Below, piece by piece: positions 21,559 to 31,262 of a stretch of DNA of 64,000 bases. Location of the stretch: NCBI GenBank assembly GCA_963805085.1, contig CAWDTA010000002.1:320001-384000 (forward strand). Direction: 5' to 3'. A program made the translations under genes and the position numbers. This DNA is from an uncultured Veillonellaceae bacterium (lineage in GTDB: Bacteria; Bacillota; Negativicutes; JARBTT01). Within the stretch, counting starts at the first letter, position 1; the number at the start of each line of letters is the position of its first letter. The notes beneath the pieces were generated by a model, which saw only the letters and a program-made list of their open reading frames with translations, did not search any database and had not been told where the DNA came from.

Positions 21559-22746
21559 ATGAGTACGAGTACAACGTCTAATTCCATGGCAGCGACAAGT
21601 GCTGCCAATATAAATTTAACGTCTACTCAACAAATTATCAGAGGATTCGGGGCGGCTAGTGTGTGGTGTGGAGCTCTTAGCGATGCACAAATGAATACAC
21701 TTTTCACGGATATGGGGCTTAGTCTTTTACGGATACGGATTGCACCCAATGAGAACTGGAGTAGTGGTAACTATAGCGCTTGGGCTGATGAACTTTCCAA
21801 TGCAAAAAAGGCTAAAGCTAGAGGAGCTAACGTGTTTGCCACTCCATGGACGCCTCCAGCTTCCATGAAAAGCAATAGCTCTACTATCGGCGGCTACCTG
21901 AAATCTTCATCCTATTCCAATTATGCAAATTACTTAAAAAGTTTTGCAAATTACTTCTCTAATAATGGCGCTTCACTTTATGCCATTTCACTTCAGAATG
22001 AACCAGATTGGGATCCTGATTATGAAGGATGCTCTTTGACAGCTGCTCAATTTTGTGATTTCATCAAAAATCACGGTTCTATTGTTGCCAATATTACCAA
22101 AATGATTATGCCCGAGTCGTTGAACTTTAACCATTCCATGTCAGATACAACGCTTAATGATTCTACTGCTGCTTCTTACGTATCGATTATTGGCGGACAC
22201 CTTTACGGAGCCACGATTCAAGATTATACCTTGGCCCGCACAAAAGGAAAGGAATTATGGATGACCGAACACCTACTCAATGATCAATCATTAACCGCAT
22301 GCATAACTACAGCCAAAGAAATTCATGACTGCATGACCGTTGCTAACATGAACGCCTATACCTGGTGGTGGGTCATCAGTGACAACAATGGCTTCTTCAA
22401 TAAAGCTGGTGTAGTGCAAAAACGAGGCTATGTAGTGGGGCAATTCGCGAAATTTGTCCGTCCCGGTTATTATCGTGTAACTGCGACTTCCAATCCCCAA
22501 ACCAACATCTATGTATCCTCCTATAAGGGGAGCGGAAAAGTAGTCATCGTTGCCATTAACCAGAGCACTTCAGGAATTAGTCAAAATTTTGTATTCTCAA
22601 ATGGGTCCGTATCCACAATGTCCAGATATGTTACCGACTCCAGTCAAAACATCGCCACTGGCACATCATTATCTGTATCAAACGGAGCATTCACGGCATG
22701 GCTGCCAGCTCAAAGTGTGACTACTTTTGTCGGCACTCTTAGTTGA
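21559..22746 (+). CDS. GH30 (subfamily 8-like) endo-xylanase
   Basis: IRGFG, ATPWTPP, SLQNEPD acid/base, LWMTE nucleophile, FVRPGY. Confidence 0.9.
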   Translation: MSTSTTSNSMAATSAANINLTSTQQIIRGFGAASVWCGALSDAQMNTLFTDMGLSLLRIRIAPNENWSSGNYSAWADELSNAKKAKARGANVFATPWTPPASMKSNSSTIGGYLKSSSYSNYANYLKSFANYFSNNGASLYAISLQNEPDWDPDYEGCSLTAAQFCDFIKNHGSIVANITKMIMPESLNFNHSMSDTTLNDSTAASYVSIIGGHLYGATIQDYTLARTKGKELWMTEHLLNDQSLTACITTAKEIHDCMTVANMNAYTWWWVISDNNGFFNKAGVVQKRGYVVGQFAKFVRPGYYRVTATSNPQTNIYVSSYKGSGKVVIVAINQSTSGISQNFVFSNGSVSTMSRYVTDSSQNIATGTSLSVSNGAFTAWLPAQSVTTFVGTLS

Positions 22747-22844
22747 AACTATAACAGTAAGTCCACAAAGTCTGAGCAAGAATAGTTTCCTGTAAAATCA
22801 TAAACAGTTTGAATACTGTTACCAATACGAAAGAGGTGAAAATA

Positions 22845-24320
22845 ATGAGCATCACATGTTCAAATCCACTTATATGGTCCGATGTTCCAGACGTAGACGT
22901 AATTAGAGTAGGTAATTATTATTATATGTCGAGTACCAGTATGCATATGATGCCAGGTGTGCCGATTATGCGTTCTACCGATTTGGTGAATTGGGAGATT
23001 GTGTCTTATGTCTATAACACTTTGGAAAATAACTCCGCCCATAATTTGACTGATGGCAAAGGAATCTACGGTAAAGGTTCCTGGGCTACCAGTTTACGTT
23101 ATAAAAACGGCACTTACTATGTGTGTTTTGCCTCGAATGATATGGGTAAAACCTATATTTACAAAACAACGGATATTATAAACGGCCCTTGGACGCGTTC
23201 AGTCTTATCCGCAGTTTATCATGACCCTTCGCTACTATTTGATGATGATGGTAAAGTGTACATCGTTTATGGCTCCGGCGCCGTCTACATCAAAGAATTA
23301 ACGTCGGATGCAACTGCCATCAAGACAGGCGGACTTAGCCAGAAATTATATACATCGCCCGATAGTAACTTATTCGAAGGCTCCCATATTTATAAGATTA
23401 ACGGGATGTATTATATCTTCAATATTCGTTGGACAAGCCGGAGGATTGAATCATGTTACCGATCTTCAAGCCTTACTGGTACCTGGGAAGGCAAGATTGT
23501 TTTAAACAGTACTTTGAGCGGCGCATCTGGAGGCGTTGCCCAAGGCGGGATTTTTAACACTCCCGATGGGACTTGGTATGCCATGTTGTTTCAGGATCAC
23601 GGTGCAGTTGGACGGGTTCCTGTTTTAGTTCCGGTTACTTGGACCGACAATTGGCCGATTATGGGTGTTAACGGAGCGGCGCCGTCTACGCTAACCATTC
23701 CCCTAGCGGATTCATCAATAAAAACCGCTTTATTGACCAGTGATGATTTTAATAAAACGAAGCTTGGCTTGAATTGGCAATGGAATCATAACCCAGACAA
23801 TAACAATTGGTCCTTGAGTGCACGCTCGGGGTATCTGCGCTTAACAACTGGAAGCATTGCTTCGAATATCTTTTTGGCACGTAATACTTTATCACAGAGA
23901 ACTGTTGGCTCCACTTGCACTGGGGAAGCAGCGATTGAGACCAATAATATGAAGTCCGGTGATTATGCGGGTCTGGCAGCATTTCAAGATGATTATGGCA
24001 TAATGGGAGTCAAGAAGACCGACTCGGGAAAATATCTCATCATGGGTACAAACGGCGGGAGTGGAACTCTAAACGAAGTGGCGTCAAAATCTTTTACTCA
24101 AAATAAAATATATCTAAAAATCTACTTCAATTTCCTTAACTGTACCGATAAGGCCACCTTTTATTATTCCTTGGACGGCAGTACGTGGGCGCAACTTGGC
24201 AGTCAATTATCAATGACCTATAAATTGACTCACTTCATGGGCTATCGCATCGCTTTATTTAATTACGCAACAACAACAACGGGTGGGTACGTGGATTTTG
24301 ATTATTTACATACTGTGTGA
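22845..24320 (+). CDS. GH43 beta-xylosidase/alpha-L-arabinofuranosidase
   Basis: DVPDVDVIRV, SWA, YHDPS, FEGSH, WQWNHNP C-terminal domain. Confidence 0.92.
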   Translation: MSITCSNPLIWSDVPDVDVIRVGNYYYMSSTSMHMMPGVPIMRSTDLVNWEIVSYVYNTLENNSAHNLTDGKGIYGKGSWATSLRYKNGTYYVCFASNDMGKTYIYKTTDIINGPWTRSVLSAVYHDPSLLFDDDGKVYIVYGSGAVYIKELTSDATAIKTGGLSQKLYTSPDSNLFEGSHIYKINGMYYIFNIRWTSRRIESCYRSSSLTGTWEGKIVLNSTLSGASGGVAQGGIFNTPDGTWYAMLFQDHGAVGRVPVLVPVTWTDNWPIMGVNGAAPSTLTIPLADSSIKTALLTSDDFNKTKLGLNWQWNHNPDNNNWSLSARSGYLRLTTGSIASNIFLARNTLSQRTVGSTCTGEAAIETNNMKSGDYAGLAAFQDDYGIMGVKKTDSGKYLIMGTNGGSGTLNEVASKSFTQNKIYLKIYFNFLNCTDKATFYYSLDGSTWAQLGSQLSMTYKLTHFMGYRIALFNYATTTTGGYVDFDYLHTV

Positions 24321-24540
24321 TCTCTCAACAAGTATTAGCAGCGTAATTATCCATTCGTATTCTTCAGACAAACTATCCACCTTGCTCTAATCCGCAAAAA
24401 TCAGATATTTATCAACTAATTTGCATCGAGTAACATAAACACAAAGTCACTACTAATGGAGTAACCTTTAGTAGTGACTTTTTTGTGCTAAATATTTATG
24501 GAGATTACATAATTCATCTATTTTTTATATAAATTCGTTA

Positions 24541-24610
24541 CAAAATTTATATAGACAAACAGACTAACTACTTGAACAAGGCTGGCTGTGAACACATATT
24601 CCAAGAGAAG
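24541..24610 (+). pseudogene. Serine recombinase (resolvase/invertase) N-terminal relic
   Basis: QNLYRQTD (frameshift) LNKAGCEHIFQEK resembles QNLDRQ..AL..AGCEKIFQEK. Confidence 0.6.
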
Positions 24611-24771
24611 GACTTTCAAGTACTAGGTCGAGAGGTAGGAAATAGATCCAGCGAAAATGACAAATAAAAAATAGGTGTATATGTATCTGACTTTGCCATC
24701 ATAAACCCCATTCACCAGATATTCTTATTTTAGAATGCTTTTTTAGCTACGATAGGCTATATATCTTCAAA

Positions 24772-24789
24772 ATGTCAGAATCATGTCAG
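24772..24789 (+). promoter_or_regulatory. ATGTCAG direct repeat at 11-bp spacing
   Basis: ATGTCAGaatcATGTCAG upstream of the phage-activator-like gene. Confidence 0.45.
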
Positions 24790-24930
24790 TTACAAATGTT
24801 ATTAAAAGGTTTAAATTGGTATTAAAGTCAATAAAAAGCATAATTGTTTGGTTTTACAATTTAAATGATTTTCTGAACTTGCAGTCTGTTTTAAGAAAAT
24901 TAACAGAGATTAAATTTGGGGGTGGCGTAA

Positions 24931-25362
24931 ATGAATAATGTGCAAGCAAAACCAGGATCGTCAAGCAGCTGGTGTATTCAGAAAAAGATTGGCTCAATTG
25001 ATGGTAATAAGCATTATAGTGGATGCAGTTATTTAGCGGACAAGCAAATAGAACACCGTGTAGAGGTTGCATTATATAATTATCCAATGTGGAAAGTTAA
25101 TTTACTTAATGTCAACCCAACCGAAGGTAATAAAGAAAACATCCTAGGCGTTTTTCGTGAGGATTACCAAACGGGAGTTAAAATAATAGAAGCTACTCTG
25201 TCTAACTTTAGTACTTTGGAACAGAATTTTGTGAAATATAGATATTCTGAGAAAAAACCTTTTAAAATAATTGCTGACAAATTATCAATGACTGAGCGGC
25301 ATCTATATCGTATAAGAAAGAAAATCATCAATCAGCTTGCAGTTGCATTTGGTGAGATATAG
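24931..25362 (+). CDS. ArpU/RinA-like phage transcriptional activator
   Basis: VEVALYNYP N-terminal part; C-terminal sigma-r4-like HTH (IADKLSMTERHLYRIRKKII). Confidence 0.7.
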   Translation: MNNVQAKPGSSSSWCIQKKIGSIDGNKHYSGCSYLADKQIEHRVEVALYNYPMWKVNLLNVNPTEGNKENILGVFREDYQTGVKIIEATLSNFSTLEQNFVKYRYSEKKPFKIIADKLSMTERHLYRIRKKIINQLAVAFGEI

Positions 25363-25417
25363 CAAATGTAGTTTTATGACAAAGATATGAACTATCTTAG
25401 ATGGGAGGTAAAACGTC

Positions 25418-25735
25418 ATGTATACATCTAGACAAATAAGGTATGCTATCGAGCGCTATCAAGAACTTCACAGTGTAGTAGAGTTTTCAACATCTCATTT
25501 TCAACCCCCAAACTACGTTGACAACATAAGTGGGATGGCAGAAGCTATCTGCATAATTTCGGATATAGACCTAGCATTTAAAGTACTAACTGCTCGACAG
25601 AGACTAGTAGTTAGATTAATTAAACAGGGATATGCGCCTAGTGATGTAAGTCATAAACTTAATCTTAGTTTAGCTACAATAAAATTTCATATGAGCTCGG
25701 CGGTTTACCGAATTGTCGATTATCTGAATAATTAA
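25418..25735 (+). CDS. Sigma70 region-4/LuxR-like HTH protein, phage-type
   Basis: DIDLAFKVLTARQRLVV..GY..SDVSHKLNLSLATIKFH. Confidence 0.75.
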   Translation: MYTSRQIRYAIERYQELHSVVEFSTSHFQPPNYVDNISGMAEAICIISDIDLAFKVLTARQRLVVRLIKQGYAPSDVSHKLNLSLATIKFHMSSAVYRIVDYLNN

Positions 25736-25777
25736 AATATTGTCGAAATACTTATGAAACAACGAGGTGGGTATGAA

Positions 25778-25960
25778 ATGAAATATTACACACTAGAAAT
25801 TTTAGAAGATATGTATCGGCAAGAGTCGCCTGAATTGACTGAAGAAAAGATTAAGAAAAAAGCTAAAGAACTGCATAGATTGCTAAACACATTAGACGTA
25901 GCATGGAAACGTAGCAATCGCAAATTTTACAGTAAAGTACGACTATTCGGAGAAGAATAA
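25778..25960 (+). CDS. Small hypothetical protein
   Basis: ORF with GAGGTGG RBS, co-oriented with the regulators. Confidence 0.6.
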   Translation: MKYYTLEILEDMYRQESPELTEEKIKKKAKELHRLLNTLDVAWKRSNRKFYSKVRLFGEE

Positions 25961-26199
25961 TTATTATAAACGAATCAGAAAGAGCGTGGCATAAAAGTCA
26001 TAAGAGATAAAAATAATGAGCCTTATGGGATTCTCATATTGATTTAATGAAGGAAAGTTTTTCTGTTCGTTGAAAAACTCTCCTTCATTTTTTTAGTTTT
26101 TGTATCGAGAATTACCTAAAAAAAAGAATTGGACTACTAGCACATAGCCAATAGTCCAATTTCTTCAAAGATACTCACTAACATTCTGCAAAAACTAAA

Positions 26200-29055
26200 T
26201 CAATTTTGCCAGTTAATCGTCACATTTCCTGTATCTGATGTCGGCACAGTGTACGTGTGGTTATTTCCGCCTTCCCATACAATATTGCCCGAACCATCTT
26301 TTTTAATTGCTTTAAATTCAATTGCTTGTCCAGCAGGCAGTCCTAACGTTATCGTCCAAGTTGGATAATTAGGGCAGGATGCTGGTCCTTTTGCATTTGC
26401 AGGTGACCAGTTGCTCAATTCACTAATATTGCCTGTAATATAAACATTTTGTCCCCAGTAGGTAGTAGCATTATTAATAGTAAATGTAACGATAGTCGTT
26501 TTACTTGTCTCAGGTTTAGTCGTAACATTAATTTTATTGCTATTAGGGGATACTGTACCAACAGAATCTTTAGCAATTACATAATAACTGTAGGTAGTTT
26601 CTGCAGATAAGCCAGTATCAGTATAAGTAGTTGCTTGAACAAGATTCGGCGTAACATTTACACCATTACGAAATACTTGATAACCGACAACTGCCACATC
26701 ATCAGTGGACGCAGTCCAGGACAAGCTTATTGTATTGCCGGTTTGTTTGGTGGATTGCAGATTAGTGGGTGCTGTTGGCGGATCAATATCCTCTTTTTTA
26801 GATGCTACAATAGTTTTTACACTTCCTGCCGCCACCTTGACATAGAAGACGGTTCCATAAATATCCGTTTCTGTAGCCCACCCTTCCCCGGTTGCACTCT
26901 GTAAAACGCTATAACTACTATATTTAGTAACTGTATTGCCATTAACTGTTACCGTAGTGGCTCCCTGAAAATGAAGTTTGACGAGGTAATACTGGACATC
27001 CGGAGTATAGGTTCCACTACTTGGACTGCCGATATTAAAAGTTGCAGTATTAGCATCACTATGGGCTGTCATGGCTTGAGTGAAATATGTTCCGTCCTCA
27101 TAGTTATAGGTTTGTCCGTCATCATCATAGTAATTAAAGCTTGTTTGCTGTGTATCAGGGAAAACATCAACATAAACAGTTTTTATCACTTTCTCACCGA
27201 CATAATTTACGAAATCCTGTGAAGGAATGATGGCACCTTTCTTTATGAACAATGGCACGTCATCCCATGTAGAGGAATTTACTTGATAGCTGATAGTGTT
27301 ACCGCCTGTGTAGGTGGTTCCGTTAAAGTAATCAATCCATGTCCCAGCAGGCAGGTAAATATTTTTTACAGTCTGACCCTGAGTGATCACCGGAGCTACA
27401 AGCAGGTGGTCACCGAACATCCAGGCATCATAATAGCCGGCTACATTACTATCTGTCGGATAATCAAACACCAGTGGTTTTACAAGACCAACTCCAGTTT
27501 CATAAGCTTGTCTCTCATAGGAATAAATGTAGGGTATCAGTGTATATCTTAATTGCATTACTTTTTTAGCAGCAGCTTCCGCAATTGCTCCGTATACCCA
27601 AGGTTGACGCTGTTTGTTTTCCTGTCCGTGGACCCTAAATATAGGGGTAAATGCGCTAAATTGTATCCACCTTGCGTAGTTTTCTGATGATGGATCACCG
27701 ACAAAGCCACCAGTGTCCATGCCCCACTTGGCTAGACCAAGGTTAATTGATCCCAGCATTCTTCTACGTTGATCGGCCATCGAATCAAATCCTGTACCGA
27801 TGTCACCTGTCCACATGCCGTATGCGTAGCGCTGCGCCCCTAAGTAGAAATTTCTGCTAATTGACCATACCCTTTGGTTTTTATACGCTCTTTGCCCTTC
27901 GTACATGCCCTTTTCCATGTTGAAGTGTCCCCAATTGTCAAAGTTTACATCTGCTTCATCATTCCACCAGCCTACAATACCGTTATCAAAAGCAGCTTTG
28001 AGATGATTAAAGAACCATGTCCGTAAGCCTGACTTAGAGAAGTCTAGGTTTCTAACTAGCTTGCCCGAGCAATAATCGGTGTAGGGCGAAGATCCCGGCA
28101 GCCACCAGCCGCCATTGGTAACATCTGTTGCCTGTACTGTTCCTGTATGCACCCTAGGTTTTAATATACCTGTCAGCTTAATTCCTTTTGCAGCCATCGC
28201 AGATTTTAATGCGCCGGAAGTGCTATCAGGGAATTTTGTAGTATTCCATATGAAATCTCCGTAGTTATCTTCTCCCCATTTCTTCCAGTCAAAGTCTAAG
28301 CAATAATTATCTATCGGTATTTGCTTAGAACGGTAGGTATCTACGATACTAGTTAGTTCACTTTCGGTTATACCCCACTCAGTATTGGTAAAGCCCATAG
28401 CCCACTTAGGAAACATAGGCGGTTTACCGGATATTTCCGCGAGCGCCGACATAATTTCTACAGGCTTGCCTACCATGATGTAGAACTCAGTATCTGTTTT
28501 CGAAACACTGCTAAATTCAAGTGTTGTACTAGCAATCGAAAATTTACCGCCGTCTGAGTCAACTAGTACACCATAACCATTATTGCTCCAAACAAAAGGT
28601 GCGCCGGAGTGCCCTTGGTTACCAGCATAGACTGATCCCCCGCTATTTTTAAGGATAGCACCGTCTTCTCCAATTCCATAGAAATTATCAGCTGCACCGT
28701 GCGTGAATTTTACGCCACCACTATAAACCCCGCCCGCACTCTGTTCCTGTATCAGCAGTTGGTTTGAGGTATCATAGACTGAAATTCTACAAGGGTTTTT
28801 GCTAATTTTTACAATCATTTTGTTGGTTGTGATAACCATGGTGCTTGATGCGATGTCAAATGATGCTACATTTCCTGTGCCCCATATTTTATTAGGATCA
28901 ATAACTTGCGTATCCGCACTTGATTGTCCACTAGGTTGATAATCAACTCTGATAATTTCTGGTTTGCATGCTTGTATGATAAGTTGATCAGAACCTACGA
29001 AAATAGTAAGCGTATCATCTTTGGCTGTTACAGCTGTAACATTACCTAATGCCAT
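26200..29055 (-). CDS. GH31 alpha-glucosidase/6-alpha-glucosyltransferase with FN3 and CBM20
   Basis: LDFDW, WWNDEAD nucleophile, WTGD, FRVHG; PTAPTNL FN3; TTYWGQNVYITGNISELSNW CBM20. Confidence 0.92.
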   Translation of the reverse strand: MALGNVTAVTAKDDTLTIFVGSDQLIIQACKPEIIRVDYQPSGQSSADTQVIDPNKIWGTGNVASFDIASSTMVITTNKMIVKISKNPCRISVYDTSNQLLIQEQSAGGVYSGGVKFTHGAADNFYGIGEDGAILKNSGGSVYAGNQGHSGAPFVWSNNGYGVLVDSDGGKFSIASTTLEFSSVSKTDTEFYIMVGKPVEIMSALAEISGKPPMFPKWAMGFTNTEWGITESELTSIVDTYRSKQIPIDNYCLDFDWKKWGEDNYGDFIWNTTKFPDSTSGALKSAMAAKGIKLTGILKPRVHTGTVQATDVTNGGWWLPGSSPYTDYCSGKLVRNLDFSKSGLRTWFFNHLKAAFDNGIVGWWNDEADVNFDNWGHFNMEKGMYEGQRAYKNQRVWSISRNFYLGAQRYAYGMWTGDIGTGFDSMADQRRRMLGSINLGLAKWGMDTGGFVGDPSSENYARWIQFSAFTPIFRVHGQENKQRQPWVYGAIAEAAAKKVMQLRYTLIPYIYSYERQAYETGVGLVKPLVFDYPTDSNVAGYYDAWMFGDHLLVAPVITQGQTVKNIYLPAGTWIDYFNGTTYTGGNTISYQVNSSTWDDVPLFIKKGAIIPSQDFVNYVGEKVIKTVYVDVFPDTQQTSFNYYDDDGQTYNYEDGTYFTQAMTAHSDANTATFNIGSPSSGTYTPDVQYYLVKLHFQGATTVTVNGNTVTKYSSYSVLQSATGEGWATETDIYGTVFYVKVAAGSVKTIVASKKEDIDPPTAPTNLQSTKQTGNTISLSWTASTDDVAVVGYQVFRNGVNVTPNLVQATTYTDTGLSAETTYSYYVIAKDSVGTVSPNSNKINVTTKPETSKTTIVTFTINNATTYWGQNVYITGNISELSNWSPANAKGPASCPNYPTWTITLGLPAGQAIEFKAIKKDGSGNIVWEGGNNHTYTVPTSDTGNVTINWQN

Positions 29056-29323
29056 GTTAATGGCCTCCTCTAGTTATATAAATTTGAGCAGCTTTACTGG
29101 GAGGCGCTATTAAATAGTTGCTATTAGCTCACCCAAAAGCACTTGGATAGCCGACTTTATCCATGTATGATTATTTTATTGAGCTTAGCAACGCTTTGTA
29201 ATATTTTGTTAGCACTCTAGTTGCTAGTAGCGCACACGACAAAGCTGCTTCTATTTTTTAGCCGTACACTTACTCCTCAATTTAAATAGGTGACAGTTCA
29301 TAAAAAATAAATAAAATGTAAAT

Positions 29324-29364
29324 AAAAACACCGGATAACATTGTGATCGTTATCCGGTGTTTTT
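29324..29364. terminator. Perfect hairpin between divergent GH31 and holin-like genes
   Basis: AAAAACACCGGATAAC/GTTATCCGGTGTTTTT. Confidence 0.65.
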
Positions 29365-29611
29365 TAAATTATGAACTATCTAACTTCTCAGTAAGGTGTA
29401 CGTATAAAAAACGAGAGGGTATTTAGCTTTTGGAAGGAGGTTTCTATTTAGGTCATAGAGTTAAATGTAAGTATTTTATAAATTAGGGAGGTGAAAAAGA
29501 GTGGTTGCTTATAACTAATGGCGGCTTATATCTATTAAATTATTAATGCAATCCAGATATTACCGCGCAGAATTAGGTGAATGAAATAAGTATGAGCGTA
29601 GGTGATGAAGT

Positions 29612-29926
29612 GTGAGCGAAGAATTAGCAAGAACTCTTCTAAGCCAGATGGAGATAATTATTCAGTCTCTAAATAAAGTTGCTACAGAGGTAGCCGAAAT
29701 TCGTGGCAAAAATGCCGAAAAAGAGAAACGCTGCGACGATCACAAAGCAGATATAGAAGATATTAAAAACATACAGGTAGATCAAGGCAGACGATTGGGC
29801 GCGATTGAAAGTGCTGTATCCGGTATGACCGAAGTCAAGCAGTCAAATCACTATTGGGTTACAACGTTAATAGCGATATTAGGAGTAATTATTGCCGCAA
29901 TTTCTTTATTGCATAGATTTGGGTAA
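29612..29926 (+). CDS. XhlA/holin-like protein (coiled coil plus C-terminal TM)
   Basis: GTG start with AGGTGA RBS; single C-terminal TM WVTTLIAILGVIIAAISLL. Confidence 0.6.
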   Translation: MSEELARTLLSQMEIIIQSLNKVATEVAEIRGKNAEKEKRCDDHKADIEDIKNIQVDQGRRLGAIESAVSGMTEVKQSNHYWVTTLIAILGVIIAAISLLHRFG

Positions 29927-29941
29927 TAAAAAACTTTATAA

Positions 29942-30115
29942 TCTGCCATCCAGCGTACTAATCGCCCAAGAGTCGCTGTAACGCGAATACTACGTGCTGG
30001 TGGGCTTGATGTTTTACCTGGTGTTGATACAGATTGCATTACACCGGAAGATTTATTAAAAGCTTTGACTGGTAAAAATGTGTCAAAACCAAATAATTTT
30101 AAGGAGTCTGATATT
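29942..30115 (+). pseudogene. C-terminal relic of a possible papain-like (YiiX/NlpC) amidase
   Basis: Startless open frame ILRAGGLDVLPGVDTDCITPEDLLKAL. Confidence 0.35.
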
Positions 30116-30385
30116 ATGTCCGAAACTACTGTTTCCACTGAATCATCAACAGCAGCATCTGAAATTACTACTACAAAATCTAGTATAACTGATGTTATAA
30201 ATGCTGCTGTTGAAACTGTATCCGCTGACGCATATGAGGATATTGCGCAGAAAATTGCAGAATTAGCAAAAGAAATTAGAACTACAAATAGCTTATGGGT
30301 AAAGGTCAGAAATACTGTGGAGATTAGCACCCTTAGCAACCTGCTCTCTAAAGCTGCCGCTGCGTTATCAGAAAAAAAAATCTAA
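30116..30385 (+). CDS. Small phage lysis-region-like hypothetical protein
   Basis: AAGGAG RBS; EIRTTNSLWVKVRN motif; followed by a terminator at about 30414-30462. Confidence 0.55.
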   Translation: MSETTVSTESSTAASEITTTKSSITDVINAAVETVSADAYEDIAQKIAELAKEIRTTNSLWVKVRNTVEISTLSNLLSKAAAALSEKKI

Positions 30386-30527
30386 CATGGGTAGTATGTT
30401 GTAAGATTAAAAGAAAGTTTGAACAGATTGTGTTATAACGAGCACATCTGTTCAAACTTTTTTTAAATTATTATTTATACATTTTTCTTCTATAATAATG
30501 AATTATATAAGCAACATCCTAGTCATT

Positions 30528-31262
30528 TTATTGCCAGCATAATATATGAGATGCTTCATCCTTTGGCATTCTGGCCAATTCCTCATACTCATTAATCTTT
30601 CCTATATCCCACCAATCATAGTCACGCACATAACCGTAAATAGGGATATTTTCCTTTAATAGCACCGGAAAAACGTCCCCTGGTAAATCTACAATTTGGC
30701 AGTCCGGATCAAATCGCTCAATATAAGGCATTATGCTATGATCTAGTACATACGCTCCAGTACTGATTGGTCGACCAAGATTTGCTTTTTCAAAAAAACC
30801 TGTAACAATGTTCCGTTCATCTACTTCTGCTAGTCCGACCTCCAAGCGGTACCGAGTGGAAAATGCGACAGTAACCAGTCCTTGATGCCCTTGGTGAAAA
30901 GCAATCAATTCACTGAAATTAAGGTGACTAATCGTATCTCCCGGTACAACGAGAAACGTCGTTTCCTCTTTACCTAAGAGTTCTTTAGCCCGCCATATCT
31001 CACCAGCCTTTCCCGCCGGTGAGGAACCATAACTATACTGAATGGTCACACCCCATCGGCTACCATCGGCGAAGTAGTTCTCTATTTGCTCAGCGAAATA
31101 ACTGACCGCCATAACATACTCCCTAAGTCCATGAGATATCAGATGGAGAAGAACCCACTCTAAAAGAGGTTTCCCCTGAATCGGCACCATCGGCTTTGGG
31201 ATAAAGTCAGTAATTGGTCGCAAGCGGGTTCCTTTTCCTGCCGCCAAGATTAAAGTTTTCAT
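30528..31262 (-). CDS. Sugar-1-phosphate nucleotidyltransferase
   Basis: LILAAGKGTRLRPITDFIPKPM, WWDIG. Confidence 0.92.
   Translation of the reverse strand: MKTLILAAGKGTRLRPITDFIPKPMVPIQGKPLLEWVLLHLISHGLREYVMAVSYFAEQIENYFADGSRWGVTIQYSYGSSPAGKAGEIWRAKELLGKEETTFLVVPGDTISHLNFSELIAFHQGHQGLVTVAFSTRYRLEVGLAEVDERNIVTGFFEKANLGRPISTGAYVLDHSIMPYIERFDPDCQIVDLPGDVFPVLLKENIPIYGYVRDYDWWDIGKINEYEELARMPKDEASHILCWQ

Noticed and set aside
29851-30339. 162-aa minus-strand ORF
   Set aside because: Antisense to RBS-supported + strand genes
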